Source of the DNA: Camelus ferus
Taxonomy: Eukaryota
Direction: 5' to 3'
NCBI RefSeq assembly: GCF_009834535.1
Contig: NC_045698.1
Coordinates: forward strand, 8,062,001-8,126,000
DNA: 64,000 bases
Shown here: piece after piece, positions 1 through 11,540 of the stretch
Layout: each line of letters starts with the position of its first letter
Numbering within the stretch: position 1 is the stretch's first letter
Translations under genes and position numbers: made by a program
The notes under the pieces: model-generated
Databases searched by the model: none
Seen by the model: only the letters and a program-made list of their open reading frames with translations
Told to the model about the DNA's origin: nothing

Positions 1-785
1 AGCAGGGAAGGGATGCAGACGTCAGTGGCTGGGGAAAGGCTCACTCCTGACCCAGGTGGGAGCAGCTGCAACAGCTCGGCACTGCCGAGGAGTGGTGGCA
101 AAGAAGCAGCGAGAAAAAGATGGACCCCCGCTGCCAAAATCAGGACTTACCTCCAATGAAATAGTACATAACATGTTTACCACGTGTGAATTCCTCAAGA
201 TAAATCAGAATTAATAAACATGTAGCTAGTTGACTGCAAAAAACACTGTATCGAGCACTTTATCTTTTTAGCCTTTCAACAGCAGCTCTGTGCTCCTTGC
301 AGCAAGCATTTCCTTCACCTTTCAGAAACGATAACACGAGGCCAGTGAATTCCCGAGGACCTAAGTTCGGTGAGTGAAAGGGAAGGTCATGTATGTTTAC
401 ACTGCTGACTGAAAGACGTTCCGGTAAACCACGTTTTAGGAGAAGTTCACGAAATCCATCAGCTTTTGTAAAATGCTCCTTTGACTGACTGACATCACCC
501 CGTAAACAGTGTTAGTGCTACTGAAATCAGACAGTCCTAGGAAACAGTATTCCATGAAGCAACAGGAAACTAATGGCCCAATAGCAAAACCTTGAAGGAT
601 TGTACGGAATAAAGTCAATGCTTGGAGACCGAATCTGGTCTCTTGTTGTGTGTATGAGTCTGCAAGGGCCAGCATAACAAAAGAGCCCAGACTGGGCAGC
701 TTAAACAAGATGCATCTGTCTTCTCACAGTTCTGGGCGCTGGAAGTCCAGCCAACACCAAGTTGTCAGCAGATCTGGTTTCTTCT

Positions 786-870
786 TATTTCTTTGTCTAA
801 ATTTGAGGTAGCATTGGTTTATTACATTATAATTTGACTTCTAAATACACTCCAGTGTGCTCATCACCAA
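786..870 (-). mobile_element. L1 3'-terminal fragment fused to the 3' end of the U6 copy
   Basis: Minus strand reads TTGGTGATGAGCACACTGGAGTGTATTTAGAAGTCAAATTATAATGTAATAAACCAATGCTACCTCAAA followed by an A-rich tail. This resembles laurasiatherian L1 3' ends. Confidence 0.7.
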
Positions 871-977
871 AACAATAGGGGCCATTTCACGAATTTGCAG
901 GTCATCCGTGCCCAGGGGCCAGGCTAACCGTCTCTGTATCCGTCCAATTTTAGCGCACATGCTGCTGAAGCGAGCAC
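871..977 (-). pseudogene. Full-length U6 snRNA retropseudogene
   Basis: Reverse complement GTGCTCGCTTCAGCAGCATGTGCGCTAAAATTGGACGGATACAGAGACGGTTAGCCTGGCCCCTGGGCACGGATGACCTGCAAATTCGTGAAATGGCCCCTATTGTT aligns without gaps to vertebrate U6. Hand count gives 21 mismatches in 107 nt. The ACAGAGA box is intact. The upstream flank is MLT1 sequence, not a U6 promoter. Confidence 0.95.
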
Positions 978-1254
978 AGGGCTGGTCTCTTCTGAGGCCT
1001 CTCTCCTTGGCTTGTAGATGGATGTCTCTTCTCCCTGCATCCTTGCATGGTCTTTCTTCCCAGCATGAGTCTTGTGTTCAAATTGCCTCTTCTTCCAAGG
1101 ACACGAGTCCTACTGGATTAGAACCCGCCCTGAAGTCCTTATTCAGCCACTTCTCAATGACCCTATGTCTATATGTAGTCACACTCTGAAGTCCTGGGGG
1201 CAAAGTCTTCAAAACATGAATTTTGGGGGACACAATTCAGGCCATGACAAGCGC

Positions 1255-1440
1255 CTAACTTACTACTCCAAAACTTAGTAGCTTAAGACACCAGTCCTTT
1301 ATTTTGCTCACTGATTTGAGCAGGGCTCAGCAGGGACAGCACATCTCTGCTCCAGGCTGTGTCATGTGGGGAGCCTCAGCTGGGGCTGGAGAGCCCTCTC
1401 TCCAGACGGTCCATTCCCACGGCTGGCGAGCTGGCATGTG
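1255..1440 (-). mobile_element. Older MaLR LTR fragment (MLT1H/I-like)
   Basis: Motifs ccaaaacttagtagcttaagaca...tttattttgctcac...gggctcagc...tctctgctcca...ggctggcgagctgg. Confidence 0.6.
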
Positions 1441-1594
1441 TGTGTGGGAATTAGGGGCTAGCTGATCTCAGGCCCATCAGCATCAGAAGTCAGCGTTCTT
1501 GGGGGTCAAGCCTCTTGCCTCGTGTTTCTAACCTTTCTACCCCAACACCCAGGAGGGTGACTGGCATGAAGCAGATGCTAAACAAATACTGATT

Positions 1595-1912
1595 CTTACA
1601 TTTTTGCTTCTTAATAGGCTTTATTTTTTAGAGTAGTTTTAGGTTCACTAGCAGAACTGAGTGGAAGGTACAGAGATTTCCTCTAGGCCCCCTGCCCCTA
1701 CATCTGCATGGCATCCTCTGTTATCAACATCCCCACCAGAGTGGTACATTTGATACAAATAATGGGCCTATGCTGACACACCATGATCACCCAACGTCCA
1801 CAGTTTACATCAGGGTTCACTCTTGGTGATGTACAATCTGTGGGTTTGGACAAACATACAGTGACGTGTACTCACCATCACAGTACCCTACTGTGTAGTT
1901 TCACTGCCCTAA
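1595..1912 (-). mobile_element. L1MC1-like 3' end inserted into an L2 tail
   Basis: Motifs ttttttagagtagttttaggttcac...ccccaccagagtggtacatttg...agggttcactcttggtg...tagtttcactgccctaaaa. 11-bp TSD aaatactgatt at 1584-1594 and 1913-1923. Confidence 0.85.
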
Positions 1913-3035
1913 AAATACTGATTTTTTAAATGAGCAAAGAAGGTACACTTACTAGGGAGACTCAAAAGGGTTGGGTACTGATGTACTACTGTCCCCTCTA
2001 GAAAGAATTCTCTGATTTTAGGGATGTTATGAGCCAAAGAATCATGTGTGCTTTCAAAGAGCACTCTTTTAAGAGCACCTTTTAAAAGGCAGTTCTAATA
2101 AGCTTCAAGCCCTCAACAGGATGAACGCTGCGGCTTTGGTTCATGGAGGACCAACGGCGACCACCTGCAATCAGCATTCACAGGTGCCTGCCCGCTTTGA
2201 TGGTATGACTGTTGCGTCCCCTGTAGGTGCTAAGAATGAACGATGGTTTAGGTCACCCAGGTGGGTGTGATTTCATCTCTTTTTTGAATCCGTTCATTGT
2301 GATAAAAAGTAGGCTTTCATGAGTAAATTTAACACTTATAGAATAAGAAATCATGAGAAAATGCAATCCTTACAAACTATTACTTTTCAAAATGTTTAAT
2401 TGCTATATGGATTGAACTACGACCTTAACTAACAACAGTTAATCTCTCTGCTACTGTGCCACTCATGTTATAATATATCTTAGCCGGAGAACGTTTACTC
2501 ACAGCTCAGGAGACCCAGGTTAAAACTCACTGCAATCCAGCACTTCTTTCTCCTCAGATCTTTTTAAGATGAAAGTAATAAATCAAGGCCCTGGAGCCAA
2601 CCTAACAAGCTCGCCTGACTTAATCTTCAACTGCTGGTCTTAAAATCCTCCAAAATGCTGCTACCTTAACAATTGTTAATTTTTTTTCCTGCAGCCCTTA
2701 TACTTTACCATATTTATGTGAGGAATTCTGAGTAATTTTTAACCAAATTGCTTAATCCATTATTGAACTTTTAGAAAAATCCTGTGATTTCAGTATGACA
2801 CAGATATGGGTTTTGTTCCTCTCCTGTATTGGAATGGACATAGCTTGCCCATGCATAGTGTACAAATAAAGAAACCTTTGGTTTTGTCTATGGTATAAGG
2901 AGTGTTATTAACCTGAAGTGGCATATCAATTTCCCAGCCACTGGAAACACAGGAGAAGAAAGAAAGAAAGAAGGGACTCAATAAATTTGAAATTCAAAAT
3001 AAAGAGGTCATCTGAAAGACGTACGTCTTAAACCT

Positions 3036-3515
3036 GAGATGGACCTATGGGATAATATAAACTGTGCCAATCTACGTATAATAGGGGTCCCAGAAGGAGA
3101 AGAAAGAGAAAAGGGGATCAAATATGTATTTGAAGAAATCAGAAACTTCCCAAACCTAAAGAAGGAAACACATATCCAGGTACAGGAAGCACAGAAGGTC
3201 CCAAACAAGATGAATCCAAATAGATCTACCCCAAGACATATTATAATTAAAATGGCCAAAGTTAAAGATAAAGAGAAGATTGTAAAGGCAACAAGAGAAA
3301 AACAAAGAGCTAGTTACAAGAGAACTCTCATAAGGCTATCAGCTCATTGCTCTGCAGAAACACTGCTAGCCAGAAGGGAGTGACAAGATATATTCAGAAG
3401 TCCTGAAAGAGAAAAGTTGCAACCTAGGACACTCTATCCAGTAAGACTATCATTTAGAATAGAGGTAGAAAGAATTTCTCATACAAGCAAAAACTAAAAG
3501 AACACAGCAATACCC
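3036..3515 (+). mobile_element. Isolated, degraded L1 ORF1 fragment (RRM/CTD region)
   Basis: ORF 3039-3383 (DLWDNI..NLRIIGVPEGEEREKG...FPNL...QVQEAQKVPNKMNPNRSTPRHIIIKMAKVKDKEKI..A.REK) is L1 ORF1p. A stop codon replaces the expected Trp, and L1-like sequence continues to about 3515. Confidence 0.92.
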
Positions 3516-4153
3516 TAAACCTTCGGATTTTCTAGAAAATAGAAAATAAATTAAATCATACGTAATACATTCAGGATTGAGTCTTTTTTTTTTTTTTTTT
3601 TAATAAAATGAAGGGAAATTAACTACTCAGAAGAAACTGTGGCAGCCATGCAATGCTGGCTCCAGACATCCATTCACCTCCTCTGATTATATGGAATTGT
3701 TTTTCTTGTTCAATATGCTTGTAATAAAGTTTTCAGAATGGAGGCTATTAGGAACCTTCACCATAAAACTATTCTTCTAACATGGAGGTGGTCAGTGTGC
3801 TGGCAGGTTCCCCCGCTGCAGAGCAGGGCATGCTGGGCCTGAGCCCCACTCTCCTTCCTGTGCGTAACATCCTTCTGGTACACGCTGGGAATCCTGCAGC
3901 ACATGGCTTACCCTTTGTATAATCTGATGGTGTATAGGGCCAGCGCAGAGCTGTTAGCACTGGGGTTCCAACTGCAGGGCAGTGGGCTGGTGGCTGCAGA
4001 GGTTACACTGGGGAGATCTCACTATTAACCTTCAGCCAGCAGGCACTGCTCTCAGCTGGAACTCTGCCTCTCTCCCCGACTCAACTGCGAATTGAGGTGG
4101 GTGACAGAACAAACTAGAAGCTTGCTTCTTCTGTGTCACAAACGTCTACGGCC

Positions 4154-4619
4154 TGATGAAGACCCTGTCCTTGATTAAACTTTATTCAGCCTCCTCCGAG
4201 CCCTCTTCTCAACCAGGCCTTGAATTTGGCCCCTGCTCTTAGTGAGTCTAGCTTGGGCAAGAATCCTGCTAAGTCAGTGTGGAGAGAACCCCTAACCTTG
4301 AAAACGGATCACTCTTGATATCTGATCCTCATCCCCAACCACCCCGCAGGTGACACCTGATCACGCTGGCCGCCTTCAGCAAGAATCCCGTCAAGCCGAT
4401 TTAGTGAGAAGACTCCTCCCACCCCTAGAGGACCCCTCTTGGTAATTTCCCACCCACTGACCCCCTCGCTCTGCTCCTTGGCTACAAATACCTCTATTCC
4501 TTGTAATCAGAATGGTGCTCAGTTCTGTACTGGGGTCTCCTTTCCCCTACTGCAATAATTCCTGAGTAAGATCTGTTTTTGCCACTTTAACTGCCGTCCA
4601 TCTCTGGTTCTCTTTGACA
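4154..4619 (+). mobile_element. ERV1 solo LTR, MER31-like
   Basis: TG...CA termini with a perfect 4-bp TSD GGCC (4150-4153 and 4620-4623). Motifs ccttgattaaacttta.tcag.ctcctc.gagccctcttctcaac and duplicated gcaagaatcc.g. Confidence 0.85.
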
Positions 4620-6044
4620 GGCCCCAGTCTAAAAGCTTTCCTGAACAAGAACAAAGGAAGACCAAAGCTTACAGGTATACCTGACATCTGATTCTTACTA
4701 CATTGTTACCATGTGCTAATTAACACATCCTCCCTCGCCCCCCACCATATGTCCATCCTTCCTGTGCCCACCCACTGAATTAGGCAGGAATGCCTTCTAT
4801 TTGGTGAGCAGTTCTGCAGTTACAGGCTTCACATATCTGTATCCTCTGAACTTCACAACATTCCTTTGAAAAAGGACTTAACTATTCTCACTAGTATTTC
4901 CTTTTGCGTTTAATGCATGTGACAGAAGAAAAAAAATTAAATTGGGCCTAAAAACACTGAGGTATAAAGTGACAGTTGGTACGTATGGATTAAACCAGAA
5001 GATATTATTTTAGAATTAGTTTGTAATGATTAGAATTAGAAAGCCACATAATACGTAATAATTTTTTTAGTCTATGATTCTGTTATCAAATAAAACCTAT
5101 ATTGTTTCTAATGTTCCTCTCATATGTTTTTTCCTTTGCAATGTATTCTTATGAGTGCCATTATTATTTAATTTTGGGGTGACTCGCACTGGCCATCCAC
5201 AAATTTTGGAAAACATTGGAAATATTAGTACAATTAAGAACTTCAGGAAATATTGAAAGGTAGGGATTGAGAGCATTAGGGAAGAACACAGCTTACACCC
5301 TCTGTGCACTGTAAGCTCACAACCACTTTGGGTTTCGAAAGACAGTTTTTGAAGTGGAGTCACTGGTCTGATGGCCAGAGTCCATTCACTGTAAGAAGGG
5401 CTCTGACACAGAAAAAGGCTCTCAGAATTCTAAACAAAACCTTGGCTTTGCAAATCAAACACAAGCCTGATTTAGAGAAGGTACCAAAAGCCACAGAACT
5501 TGGAGGAATACAGGTTAACAACAGGCCAGGAGGAGACCAGAACTCTTTCTGGACCAGGCAGAAGAGTTCTAGAAAAGACTAGAGGAGGATACAAGAGGAT
5601 ATGGATGCAAGTGTGAGATGTTAGTCCACATTTTCTGCCCCTTACATTTAGGGACCCAAAAGGAGAGGAATTTTCCCCTCTGCTCTCTAGAGAGTAGTAG
5701 ACAGGTGGCCATTCTGCAAGGACCAGGCGTGACAGCAGCAGAACTGGTACCTCTGTGCAGAGAGGGCCTGAGATAAAGCCCCGTCCTCCTGCTCCATCCT
5801 TCTCCTCCCCTCCCTTCCCAGCCTGAGTCCTCAGTAGCTCCTCCCAGCCCTGGGGTCTTTCCTACTGGCCACAGGAATGAAGAAGGCAGCTGGGAACTGA
5901 AAGCCAGGGTACATTTCTGGGAGTGGGGTGAGGTGGGGGGTACCTGCACAAATGTGTTAAACACAACATGATTTTTAAAATCTTTAAGAATACACACCAT
6001 GATATAATTGTTAATATGGTAGCACAGGTGGAAATAGATAAATA

Positions 6045-7170
6045 ATGATGCCACACCATAAAGGTAGAGGTAATATTACAAATCAGAGGGGCAAAGATGC
6101 TGAAAAATAAGGGCTTTTCTAAAAATTGATATTGATATAAAAATGAAATAAAATTAGATCCCTACTTCACACCATACACAAGTTCAAGACACATTGGACA
6201 ACAAATCTGAAGGGTTAAATCTTGAATATTTTAATAAGAAAATAAAGGAGAATTTATTATGAACTTAGCAAAAGGGAGGATTTCTTAAACAGACATATGA
6301 AGAACAAAATTTGAATAGATTAAAATTTTAAAGCCAAAAAACCCCATTAAGATAAGACACATGTCACAGATTGGGAGAATACATTAGAATCTAGAGAACA
6401 TCACGAATGTATAAATATCTCCTACTTGTATTAATAATGGCTTTCATTTACTGAACCAAGCACATTTAGGTACTGTGCGTGTAATAATTTGCTAAGAACT
6501 CCCAACAACTCTAACAAGGTCGATAACTGTATTAGTCTCATTTTAAAGGTTAAAACAAACTATAGATAATCAAGGTCAAATTTGTAGAAGATTGCACAAC
6601 TAGAGAAGTGGGATCTGCACCCAGGTAGCCTGGTTGCAGCACCATCACTCCCAGTCCAATAGTAAAGCAGTAAAGGGTATGAATAGGCAATTCTCAGACA
6701 ACTAACAATTCTGAACATGCTAAACTTCAGGGATAACCGGGGAAATGCAAACTGAAACAACAAACCCATCAAACTGTCCCCGATTTAAAAGAATGATAAC
6801 AGCAAGAGTTGGCACCTATGGGATGAAACAGGAACTGTCCTTAACTGATAGTAAGAATATCAACTGCCACAACCATTTCAGACAACAAATAAAGGAAGCT
6901 CTTATATCTGAAGATGCACATCCTTCTGGTCCAACAATTTCAATGCCCCACATCTGTCCAAGGACACACATACAAGAATGCTATTTACTTGCTAAACGTT
7001 CACCAAGAAGAGTGTGGAAACCATGTAACTACTTTCAGAGAACAGATAAATACATTGTGGTCTATGCATGTAAGGAACACTTTACAAAGCAGAAAAATGC
7101 ATGAAATATGCATATATACATCCATGTGGACAAATCTCAACAAAGTTGAGTCAAAAAAGCAAGTTTTAGG
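6045..7170 (+). mobile_element. Ancient L1ME-type ORF2 3'/UTR fragment, interrupted by a MIR
   Basis: Motifs aaaattagatccctacttcacaccatacac, aaagggaggatttcttaaac, gggaaatgcaaactgaaacaaca, gataaatacattgtggtctatgcat. Confidence 0.7.
6432..6652 (-). mobile_element. MIR SINE
   Basis: Motifs aataatggct..catttactgaa...caacaactcta..aggt...tatta.tctcatttta...aagattgcacaactag. Confidence 0.65.
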
Positions 7171-7209
7171 TGGATCTGCATCTATACCCATATCTATATC
7201 TCTGCAGTA

Positions 7210-7614
7210 TGAGGTTATTATAATTAATGTTATATGTCAAAGAGGTACTCAGATATTTGGTTGAACACTATCCCAGATGTTTCTGTGAAAGTATTTTTGA
7301 GATGAGATTAACATTTAAATCAGAAGACTTGGAGCAAAGCAGACTGCTCTCTGTAATGTGGGTGGGCCTCACCAAATCAGTCGAAGGCATGAATAGAAAA
7401 AGACTGACTTTCCAGGAAGGAGAGGGAATTCTGCCAGCAGACTCCCTTCGGATTCAAACCACAACTCTTCCCTGGGTCTCTAGCCTGATGACGTACCCTG
7501 CAGACTTTGGCCTTGCTCACACTTCACAATAGTATGAACCAATTCCTGAAATATATCTCTCCCTTTATCTATACACCCTGTTGGTTCTGTTTCTTCGGAG
7601 AGGCCTGACTCACA
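7210..7614 (+). mobile_element. ERVL solo LTR, MLT2-type
   Basis: Motifs cagatatttggttgaacacta, gatgagattaacatttaaatc, taatgtgggtgggcctca.caaatcagt.gaaggc.tgaatagaa, ttggttctgtttct..ggaga..cctgact. Confidence 0.85.
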
Positions 7615-8999
7615 GATATGCTGATAATGTAAATATTGCTAACACACAAGGCAGTTTATGGACACATAATATGTGAATAACATCCCCGGAGCTGTCCAAG
7701 GTGGCGTCCTACTTACTTTTCAGTGTAGTGAAGAGTGGGCCATACACAACCTTCCTGTCACTGCAGAAGATGGTTTAAAATTCACTTTAACATGCAAGAA
7801 GTGCTGGGGGACAGACAGACAATTCTGAGAGTTGCATTTCAACTGAGTTTCATTTTTCAGGAAAGTGAACAAGCCTCATTTTCTAGCATGAGAAGAAGAC
7901 GACTTGATTCTCCTCAATTATCATTTAAATCACTGGACCAGCTCTAAAAACTCCACTGAAGTGTGGTATCAGAATAAAAACTCCACATCAATCAGTTGAT
8001 ACAGTCAATGCAAATTACCCATTTTCCTAGGCTGTCGTTTTTATTTTTATTTTGTAACAGAAAATAATTTATATCCTGATGCACATTATAATTTACAATG
8101 TGTTTTTTATTATGAATTAGAGGAAAATATGCTGTATTGGTTTCTGGACCATGTCAGATATCACTCAGGTATGACACTTAAATAATTCAGCACATTCTAA
8201 GTTATTATGTTACTGGAGGCAGATTCATGGCTGCAGGTTATTTCTCTTTTGCATGAAATATTATGCCAATATTTTAAGGTGATGTGACATGGGAACCACC
8301 TGCTGTATATTTAAAGTCCTACAAGATGAGATTTCCAAAAGAAACACACATACTAAATGACACTGATATACTGAAAATCATCTACATTCATGTTCTTGCT
8401 TTTGTGTATAAACAGCTCATAAAATGTTTTCTGTGTGCCTTCAAGAAAAAAAAACTGCTAATTAATTTTAACACCATGTCAATTATGCTAATAAAATTCT
8501 AATTAAAACCCTTGTGATGTAAATCAGTCTTTCTTTGCGTGTGGTATGTGTGTATGTGTGTTATTATATGGGCTGTCAGCCATCAGACACGTATTAACTT
8601 TAAGATAACCTATACGGTGGTCTTGGCTGTATACAGATCTTTTGACATACCTAGTTCTGTCTGCCATAAGCATTGGGCAAATTAGCGGTGATAGCCTAAT
8701 ATTTAAGATACCATGGAGGTAAAGTCATAGATGCACTTTATGGAAATGAAACATCCCCGAAGGCAGAGAGGAACTGAGGGCCAAGAACTAGCTTTGTTAA
8801 AAGAATAAGCAACAGTGGATAGGGCAATCTGGACATTATCACATTTCAGGTTGACTACATGCGACAGTACAATGAAAAATGTATAAAACATAAAACTACA
8901 GCAACTTCTATTCTGTAAGATATAAGGGCTCCTTGGGGGGTGTCTAAGATAGTGTAGCTTCAGACACTGCTAAATGCAGAAACTCCAGCAAAGCAAGTA

Positions 9000-9350
9000 T
9001 GTCCATTTCAGTTCCTACTGCTGGCCTGGCCCTGCGCTAGGTTCTGGGGACACCATTGAACAAAGCAGAGACTCTGCTTTAAAGCAGGATGCCTGCCTGT
9101 CAGGGACAGGAGCAGTGAGCCAGAAAGAGTACCGCAGAGTGTGTTGGGCTATAAGGGGCACCTCATCCAGGCTGCGAACCAAGGAGGGCTTCCTGGAAGA
9201 GATGGCATTTGAGCACAGTTCTAAACAGGGGGCAAGAAGACATTTAACATAGGGAGCAGCACTGTCTAAATGCTCCTATGTGAGAGAAAGCAGGTTTACG
9301 GGGGTGGGGGGAGTGACATCCACTGTCTGTGGGAGGAGCTTAGCATGGTG
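9000..9350 (-). mobile_element. L2 fragment
   Basis: Motifs cctactg...ggccctgcgctaggttctggggacac and ggagggcttcctggaagagatggcatttgagc. Confidence 0.65.
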
Positions 9351-10499
9351 GTAAAGGGGCATTAATAAAACAGAAGGCTAGTTCAAAGAGAAACAGGAAT
9401 AAGATCATGACCAAGCTTGATGAACACCAAGAAGGGATTTATATTGCAAATTCCCCTTTTTTATTTGCAAGTGAATTTGCAACACAGCAATGGCTCTTGG
9501 GTGGCAGAAAAGTAACACTCGGTTTCAAGGTTCTTAAGTTGTCACCCTCATGGTGTAGGAAGAGGGCCTGGCGCTTCCAAAAAGCAAACCCTTCTTTTGA
9601 CGACCAGGAGTTCCGGTGGATGGCAGGAGTGCTTATTTTTACATCCATAACTGAAATCAGCTCAAGATATCTTCTTGTCATGAGGCCCAGGAGACACGAA
9701 GGCTAATTAGGGCAATGAAACCCCCCTGCGTCTCCATTACGCATGTGCAGTTAAGTCAATCAATCTATGCCTAAAAAAGTGTGTTCTGCAAAACCACACC
9801 TAGTGCAGATTTGCTTACAAATCTGAAAGGTCTATAACTAGGATTCTGTCACTTCTAAATCCCACTGAGGTTTGAGGAAAATGTTGAAATCGAATCAAAG
9901 CAGAGGCAGACTCCAAGGCACTAAATCTTCTCTACGTTTTATGGAAAACCTTGTGTTTGGATCCTCATTTCATAAGCAGACCAGCCCGATGTACGTGTGC
10001 TCCAGGAAAGCTCATCTGAACATGAGCCTCTTCTCCATGAGGGACCAGAGTTCTCGGTGATTTATCCTTCCTGTTGTCAGCATCCGTAATCCCCAGGCTG
10101 CCTCTACTACTGGATTCCTGAAGCGATGAGAGGCTGGGGATGGAAATGAAGCTGCATGTTCAACATTCTTCCAAGAGACGTAAATAATTCACGTGAGATA
10201 GCAAGAATGCTTCTTTGGGGTAGAAAACCAGTAACTTTCACTTGTAAATTCAGAGGTTTTCTTAATGCTACAAAATGTGGACACTCAACGGAGTATCAGA
10301 TAAATTCGTCCAATCAAAGAACAGGTCAGAAAGGTTGCCAAATAAAATCTGTGCTGGTGGCGGGGTGGGACCGTGGGAGGAGCAGGCGGCATCAGGACTC
10401 AGGATCCTGGAGCCCATTCCTGCCTTTGTTATTTCTCGAGATGGACAGTGCCCACGTCCAAGTGGAGTGCCACACGGGGAAGAGAGGAAGCTTCTTGGC

Positions 10500-10936
10500 G
10501 CCTCCTGGCCCACCTCTAACTGCAGCCACCGCTGCAGGGGACGTTCCCCTGGGAGCTCAGGTGACACAGGTGTATCTGCCATGGTCTTGTAGCTTCCTGC
10601 TTGGAACCTTCCCCAAACCATGCCAGCCCACTTGGCTGTAAGTAAGCACAGCCCAGAAGTGCAGGGCAGTTAACGCCCCCAGGCAACCTGAAACCACTGG
10701 AAGCTGAGGGTGCACAGTCCGCCTCCCTGGACCACTAGGCAAAGCATTCTGCTTGTTCCCTAGAATTCAGCTCCTCACTCAGCGCCCTCAATGGAAGGGA
10801 CCCTGATGTTGACCCTTAACATTTTTCCCTCCTTCCTGCCTCAACTTTCCCACTTTTTGGAATCACTTCCTAAACACACAGCCTGCACCCACGCCTTTGT
10901 CTCAGGTGCGGCTTTCAGGGGTCCCAACTTAGTCCA
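10500..10936 (+). mobile_element. ERVL solo LTR, LTR16-type
   Basis: Motif gcacagcccagaagtgcagggcagttaacgccccc and 3' end ggaatcacttcctaaa...cctgcaccca.gcctttgtctcagg..cggctttcaggggtcccaac. Confidence 0.7.
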
Positions 10937-11299
10937 GAGCTAGAGACGAGAGATCGCTAGGGCCAGTGGGAATCACCGGGTTGCATGGGGAAAGCAGGGT
11001 GGTCAGAGGAGAGAAAGGCAGGACAAGCCCAGCCGAGGAAGCAGCCTGAGGGGAGGCTGGCGGTGGGGAGGTGAGCAGCCGGCCTGGGCGGTGACGAGAG
11101 GCCGAGAGGCTGAGATGCCCGCATGAAGGTGGTCAAGATCCACCATGGCCTGAGCATCAGCCTGCAATCCTGAGACCCCCACTGGTTCCCAAGCAGCTGA
11201 GCGGTCGGCTGACCTCACTCCCCTGGGACGCAGGCCCAGCCCACCATTTGTTTTCCACTTTTCTCCTTGCACTCCATGCCAAGAAACATACCGTACTTG

Positions 11300-11540
11300 G
11301 CAGCTAGAGCTCACGCACATGTTCACACACGTATACATGCATATTCATGCTTGTTACATATGTATTGGGCGTGCAAACAAGCACAAAGGCCATAAAGCTT
11401 TACTCTTAGTACAGGTGATGCGATCTGACCTCTTTCACTCTGTCATGGCTTCTTTCTCTCTCTCCGTTTCTCCTTTTACAAAATTGATTTCATAATCCCT
11501 ACTAACAGGTTGCAACCTGCAGTTTAAAAATCACTCGTCT
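11300..11540. mobile_element. hAT-Charlie non-autonomous fragment (Charlie4a/MER119-like end)
   Basis: Terminus aattgatttcataatccctactaacaggttgcaacctgcagtttaaaaatcact followed by tctaga. Confidence 0.5.

Larger units (their letters stand above)
651..1249 (-). mobile_element. MaLR solo LTR (MLT1A-like), split by a U6/L1 insertion at 786-977
   Basis: Typical MLT1 motifs: tgtatgagtc..., ttctcacagttctgg..ctggaagtcc, gaggcctctctccttggcttgtagatg, aacatgaattttgggggacacaattcag..atgaca. TG...CA ends. Confidence 0.85.

Noticed and set aside
871..977. Functional U6 snRNA gene
   Set aside because: About 20% diverged, fused to an L1 tail, flanked by TSDs, and the upstream flank is LTR sequence rather than a U6 promoter.
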